Source: Candidatus Krumholzibacteriia bacterium (GTDB taxonomy: Bacteria > Krumholzibacteriota > Krumholzibacteriia > JAJRXK01). Taken from it: a DNA stretch of 64,000 bases. Made by a program: the position numbers and the translations under genes. This document shows, in pieces, positions 59,817-64,000 of the stretch (positions are counted from its first letter, which is position 1; each line of letters starts with the position of its first letter). The notes beneath the pieces are model-generated. The model saw only the letters and a program-made list of their open reading frames with translations, did not search any database and was not told the origin of the DNA. The stretch lies in the NCBI GenBank assembly GCA_041484665.1, contig JBGPIA010000001.1, positions 672,001-736,000 of the forward strand. The letters are read 5' to 3'.

Positions 59817-60839
59817 CTAGACATCCTCCACGGCAATTGGGCGCCGCTGCGTCAGGGAGCGCTTCGCCGCCAGGGCCAGGTTGACGGCCAGCAGGCCGTC
59901 GCGTCCGGTGACCGGCGGCGGCGTGTCGTCCACGATGCACTGGGCGAAGGCCCGCAGCTCGGCGACGTAGGAGTCGCGATAGCGCTCCAGGAAGAAAAAC
60001 AGCGGCCGATCGTGCTGCTGGCCGCTCTCGTTCCACAGGCTCACCTGGGTGGGGGTGCTGTTGCCGGCGGTCAGGCAGCCGCGGCTGCCGAAGACCTCCA
60101 CGCGTTGGTCGTAGCCGTAGACCGCCTGGCGCGAGTTGTCGATGGTGGCGATGGCTCCGCTGCGGTAGCGCAGCAGTGTCACCGCCGTGTCTACGTCACC
60201 GGCCGCGCCGATGTCCGGGTCGATCAGGGCGCTCCCCGTGGCGAACACCTCCACCACCTCCTCCTGCGCCAGGTAGCGCGCCATGTCGAAGTCGTGGATC
60301 GCCATGTCCAGGAACAGCCCCCCCGAAATCTTGACGTAGTCCAGGGGCGGCGGCTGGGCGTCACGGCTGGTGATGCGCACCAGCTGGGGCGCGCCGACCT
60401 CGCCTCTGCGCACGCCATCGGCCACGCGCTTGAAGCTGGGATCGAAGCGCCGGTTGAACCCCACCTGCAGCTTGACGCCGGCGCGCTCGCACGCGGCGAT
60501 GGCGCCGCGGACGCGTCCAGCGTCGAGGTCGATGGGCTTCTCGCAGAAGATGTGCTTGCCGGCAGCGGCGGCCTGCTCGATGAGGGCGGCGTGGGTGTCC
60601 GTGGAGGAGCTGATGACGACCGCGTCGATCCGGGGGTCGTCGAGCACGGCGCGCGGGTCGGCGACGGCGCGGGCGCCAGGACACGCGCTGGCGGCTTCCT
60701 CTGCCGCGGCCAGACGTACGTCGGCGACGGCGGCCACGCTCACGCCCGGCAGCTGGAATGCGAGATTCTCCGCATGGAGCCGGCCGATCCGCCCCGCCCC
60801 GATCACCCCGACGCTCAACGTCCTGGAAGACATGGCCAT
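59817..60839 (-). CDS. iolG: Inositol 2-dehydrogenase
   Basis: GAGRIG, CEKP, GFNRRFD, DMAIHDFD and YGYDQRVE. Confidence 0.92.
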   Translation of the reverse strand: MAMSSRTLSVGVIGAGRIGRLHAENLAFQLPGVSVAAVADVRLAAAEEAASACPGARAVADPRAVLDDPRIDAVVISSSTDTHAALIEQAAAAGKHIFCEKPIDLDAGRVRGAIAACERAGVKLQVGFNRRFDPSFKRVADGVRRGEVGAPQLVRITSRDAQPPPLDYVKISGGLFLDMAIHDFDMARYLAQEEVVEVFATGSALIDPDIGAAGDVDTAVTLLRYRSGAIATIDNSRQAVYGYDQRVEVFGSRGCLTAGNSTPTQVSLWNESGQQHDRPLFFFLERYRDSYVAELRAFAQCIVDDTPPPVTGRDGLLAVNLALAAKRSLTQRRPIAVEDV

Positions 60840-61182
60840 CCGTCCCACACTCGGCACCCCATCCCGCGCCGGCGGCCGGAAACGCATCGCCCCCGCGGCA
60901 AAACGCCCTGCTGGGCGGGCGATCCAGCTTGCCGGAGCCTCCGGAAAAGGCTTAGCAGGCGCCCCGCGCGCCGGCAAGGACAGGAGCAAGCCGGGTGCCT
61001 GCGCCCGGCGTGCGCCTGCCCGGCCGCCGCGAGACCGGCACGAGATGCCGGCTGGCCGGCGACCCGCCTGCGCAGGCCGCAAGCTGGTCTTTCCTTTGCT
61101 TCATGAAGGGACTTGAGCCAGTATGTCAAGGCTGCGAACGCAACACCCTGGATCCGACACCCCCTCCGCCCGTCCATCTACC

Positions 61183-63033
61183 ATGCCCCGCGCAGTGCAG
61201 ACCTCCCTCGACGAGCTGGCCGACCGGTACCTGGAGCTCCACCAGCACAAGGAGCAGCTCTTCTGGCGGGTGATGATGGGCCTCTCCCAGGAGCACGCGC
61301 AGCTCCAGGAGGCCGAGGTGGCCCTGCGCAGCTTCGTCAGTGACCCGGCGCGGCTGGCCGACCTGCGGCGCCAGCGCAGCGAGCTCGGACTCTCCCCTGC
61401 GGACGCTTCCGTGGTGGATGGCTGGATCCAGCTCTTCGCGCGCAATGTGGTCGAGCAGCCCCGTGCCCGGGCCATGCAGCGCGAGCTCATCGCCCTGGAG
61501 AGCGAGCTGGAGCGCCAGCGCGGGCAGATGGACCTGGGCTACGTCGACCCGGCCACCGGCGAACCGGTCGCCGCCACTTCGATCGTGCTGGGCAACATGG
61601 TGCGCACCGAGCGCGATGAGCCCCGGCGCAAGTCCGCCTGGGAGGGGTTGCGCACGATCGAGGAGTTCGTCGTGCGCCACGGATTCCCCGAAGTGGTCGT
61701 GGCGCGCAATCGCTTCGCCCGCGCGCTGGGCTACGAGGACTATTACGACTACAAGGTCCAGTGGGCCGAGGGCTTCGACAAGAGGACCTTGTTCGTGCTG
61801 CTGGACGATCTCGAAGCGCGCACGGCGTCGCGCGCCCGCGAAGATCTGCGCACACTGCGCGGCCCCTCGGGTGTCGATCCGGCTGTGCCCTGGAACCACG
61901 CGTACATCACGTCCGGCTCCCTGGCCCAGGAGAAGGACCCTTACTTCAGGTTCGAGGACGCCCTGGAGCGTTGGGGACGCAGCTTTGCGGCGCTGGGGAT
62001 CCGCTACCGCAAGGCCAGCGTGACGGTCGATCTCATCGACCGCAAAGGCAAGTACGAGAACGGCTTCATGCACGGGCCCACCCCGGCGTTCCTGCGGCGC
62101 GGGGAGTGGCTGCCCGCTGCGATCAACTTCACCGCCAACGCGGTGCCCGACCAGCCCGGCAGCGGGCTGCAGGCGATGGTCACCCTGTTCCACGAGGGCG
62201 GCCACGCGGCCCACTTCGCCAACATCGTGACGGCTGCGCCGTGCTTCAGCCAGGAGTTCGCCCCCACTTCGGTGGCGTTCAGCGAGACGCAGTCGATGTT
62301 CTGCGACAATCTGCTGGGCGACGCCGACTGGCAGACGCGCTACGCGCGCGACGCGCAGGGCAAGCCCATCCCCTTCGAGCTCATCGCGCGCGCCCACACC
62401 CTGCGCCAGCCGGCAGCGACCTTCGACATCCGCAGGCTGCTGACCGTCTGCTACTTCGAGCGAATGCTCTACGAGCTGCCCGAGGCCGAGGTGACGCCGG
62501 ACCGCATCCTCGCTCTCTGCCGCGCCGTCGAGCAGCGGCTGCTGTTCTTCGACCAGGGTTCGCCGCGTCCGACGCTGTCGATCCCCCACCCCCTCAGTGG
62601 TGACGCATCGTGTTACTATCACGGCTACGTGCTGGCCGACATGGCGGTGGCCCAGACGCGCGCGCACTTCCAGCGCCGCTACGGTCACATTCTGGACAAT
62701 CCGCGCGTGGGCGCCGACCTCACCGAAACGTACTGGAAGCCCGGCAACGCGGTGACATTCCTGGAGTACGTCCGGCGCCTGACGGGGCGGCCGGTGTCGG
62801 CCGACGACCTCGTTGCCCGCGCTAACCGCAGCGTGGAGGAAGTCGTGCAGGAGGCGGCGGAAGCGGTGGCGCGGCTGCCGCGCATCCCCGAGCACCGCGG
62901 ACCGGTCGACCTGGATCTGGAGCTGGCGGTGGCGCACGGCGCCGAGCTGGTGGTGCGGCCGGGCGTGCCCTTCGCGCAAGCGGCCGAGACCTTCCGGCAG
63001 TGGGTGCGCGCGCGCTGGCCGCAGGGCGGCTGA
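61183..63033 (+). CDS. M3-family oligoendopeptidase
   Basis: 'TLFHEGGHAAH', 'ETQSMF', 'RNRFARALGY.DYY' and 'YYHGY.LA'. Confidence 0.88.
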   Translation: MPRAVQTSLDELADRYLELHQHKEQLFWRVMMGLSQEHAQLQEAEVALRSFVSDPARLADLRRQRSELGLSPADASVVDGWIQLFARNVVEQPRARAMQRELIALESELERQRGQMDLGYVDPATGEPVAATSIVLGNMVRTERDEPRRKSAWEGLRTIEEFVVRHGFPEVVVARNRFARALGYEDYYDYKVQWAEGFDKRTLFVLLDDLEARTASRAREDLRTLRGPSGVDPAVPWNHAYITSGSLAQEKDPYFRFEDALERWGRSFAALGIRYRKASVTVDLIDRKGKYENGFMHGPTPAFLRRGEWLPAAINFTANAVPDQPGSGLQAMVTLFHEGGHAAHFANIVTAAPCFSQEFAPTSVAFSETQSMFCDNLLGDADWQTRYARDAQGKPIPFELIARAHTLRQPAATFDIRRLLTVCYFERMLYELPEAEVTPDRILALCRAVEQRLLFFDQGSPRPTLSIPHPLSGDASCYYHGYVLADMAVAQTRAHFQRRYGHILDNPRVGADLTETYWKPGNAVTFLEYVRRLTGRPVSADDLVARANRSVEEVVQEAAEAVARLPRIPEHRGPVDLDLELAVAHGAELVVRPGVPFAQAAETFRQWVRARWPQGG

Positions 63034-63122
63034 CCTCTCCCCACCCAGCCCGCGCCCCTGCGGGGCGTTTGGAACGCCGCGGCCTTCGCGCGCGAGGTCG
63101 CCAAGCTGTAGAATCGAGAGCG

Positions 63123-64000
63123 ATGAGCCAGGTGACGCGCATTCCGGACTCCGAGGCCTTCGCCCGCATCAGCGCGCGCCTGCGCGCGGTTGTCACGTCC
63201 GACGCCTTCGCATGGTGGGAGGCGGGCCGGCAGAGGGTCACTGGCGGCGACCCCGCACCGCTAGCCGCCCTCTTCCCCGCGCTCGTGCGCAAGCTGGGGC
63301 GCGATCCGCTTCTCGAGCCGACCGACGCCGGGCGCTTCCTGGCTGGCGAGCGCTTCCTGGTGGATCTGGCCGCCTACCGGCGCGCCGACGCCGCAGGTGC
63401 GCTGCTCGCGCTGGCCGCCGTCGCCGGCGGCGCCGACCCGTCGTTCCTGCGCACGCGTTTCAATGAGGGCGACCTCGACGAGCGGACGACCGTCCTGCGC
63501 ACGCTGCCGTTCTTGGGCGGCGCGCCGGTGGTGCTCGACCTCATGGGGGAAGCCCAGCGCTCCAACACGCAGGACCACTTCGAGGCGGCCGCCTGCGACA
63601 GCGACGTGGCGATGCGGCGCCTGCCGCAGGCCGATCTCAATCGCATGGTGCTCAAGATGGCGTTCCTGGACGTGCCCGTCTGGCGGATGCTGGGCGGTCT
63701 GCAACGGGCCGACGGGGAGCTCAGCCGCAAGCTGCAGGACTTCGCCACCGAGCGCGAGGCCGCCGGACGCCCGGTGTGGGTGGGGACGCTCGCCTTCATT
63801 GCCCGCGCGCCGGTGGACGGGACGCGCGCACGACTGGTCGGCCACCTGGAGCACGGCGACGATCGCCAGCGCCTGGCGGCCGCACAGAACATCGCCGTGC
63901 TGCGCGACCGGTCGCTGGCGCGCTACGTGCGCGAGCGGCTGGGACGCGAGCTGAGCCCCGCAATCCGGGCCGCAATGCACGAGGCCCTTGCGAAGCTCGA
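63123..64000 (+). CDS. EboA-domain protein with helical C-terminal extension; 3'-partial
   Basis: Manual translation (absent from the ORF track because no stop falls in the window): MSQVTRIP...GDLDERTTVLRTLP..RSN..MVLKMAF..RADGELSRKLQDFATEREAAGRPV. Confidence 0.8.
   Translation, partial: MSQVTRIPDSEAFARISARLRAVVTSDAFAWWEAGRQRVTGGDPAPLAALFPALVRKLGRDPLLEPTDAGRFLAGERFLVDLAAYRRADAAGALLALAAVAGGADPSFLRTRFNEGDLDERTTVLRTLPFLGGAPVVLDLMGEAQRSNTQDHFEAAACDSDVAMRRLPQADLNRMVLKMAFLDVPVWRMLGGLQRADGELSRKLQDFATEREAAGRPVWVGTLAFIARAPVDGTRARLVGHLEHGDDRQRLAAAQNIAVLRDRSLARYVRERLGRELSPAIRAAMHEALAKL

Overview
A GC-rich bacterial window with two parts. Left (about 1-24.6 kb) is a metal-resistance island: a Cus-type and a Czc-type RND system, a CopA ATPase, DUF3347, a truncated DUF302, a Cyc2-like cytochrome-porin, a secreted copper-radical-oxidase homolog, a dead integrase fragment and a degenerate globin/kinase pair. 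Right (about 24.7-64 kb) carries two MFS transporters, a secreted metalloprotease, separated EboF-like and EboA-like genes, aconitase, two tandem secreted paralogs ending in WGxVKxLYRD, a TPR-CHAT protease/ECF sigma/anti-sigma module, arsM coupled to a Cys-tailed ECF sigma, glutamine synthetase, an NtrY/NtrX-like pair before a sigma54-driven Omp85-like/DUF4390 operon, a PLP decarboxylase, an iolG-B-D-E operon with an atypical transaldolase-family gene, and an M3 peptidase. The FlgD-like C-terminal domains and WGxVK tails suggest an FCB-group candidate phylum such as Krumholzibacteriota, Latescibacterota or Eisenbacteria (inference). I saw no rRNA, tRNA or CRISPR array. All family calls come from motif recognition by eye, with no database searches, and many starts were re-chosen from RBS or overlap evidence. 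The best candidates for undescribed systems are the CRISPR-independent TPR-CHAT/anti-sigma/ECF module, the carbohydrate-binding-domain Omp85 operon, the arsM-ECF pair and the WGxVKxLY tail.
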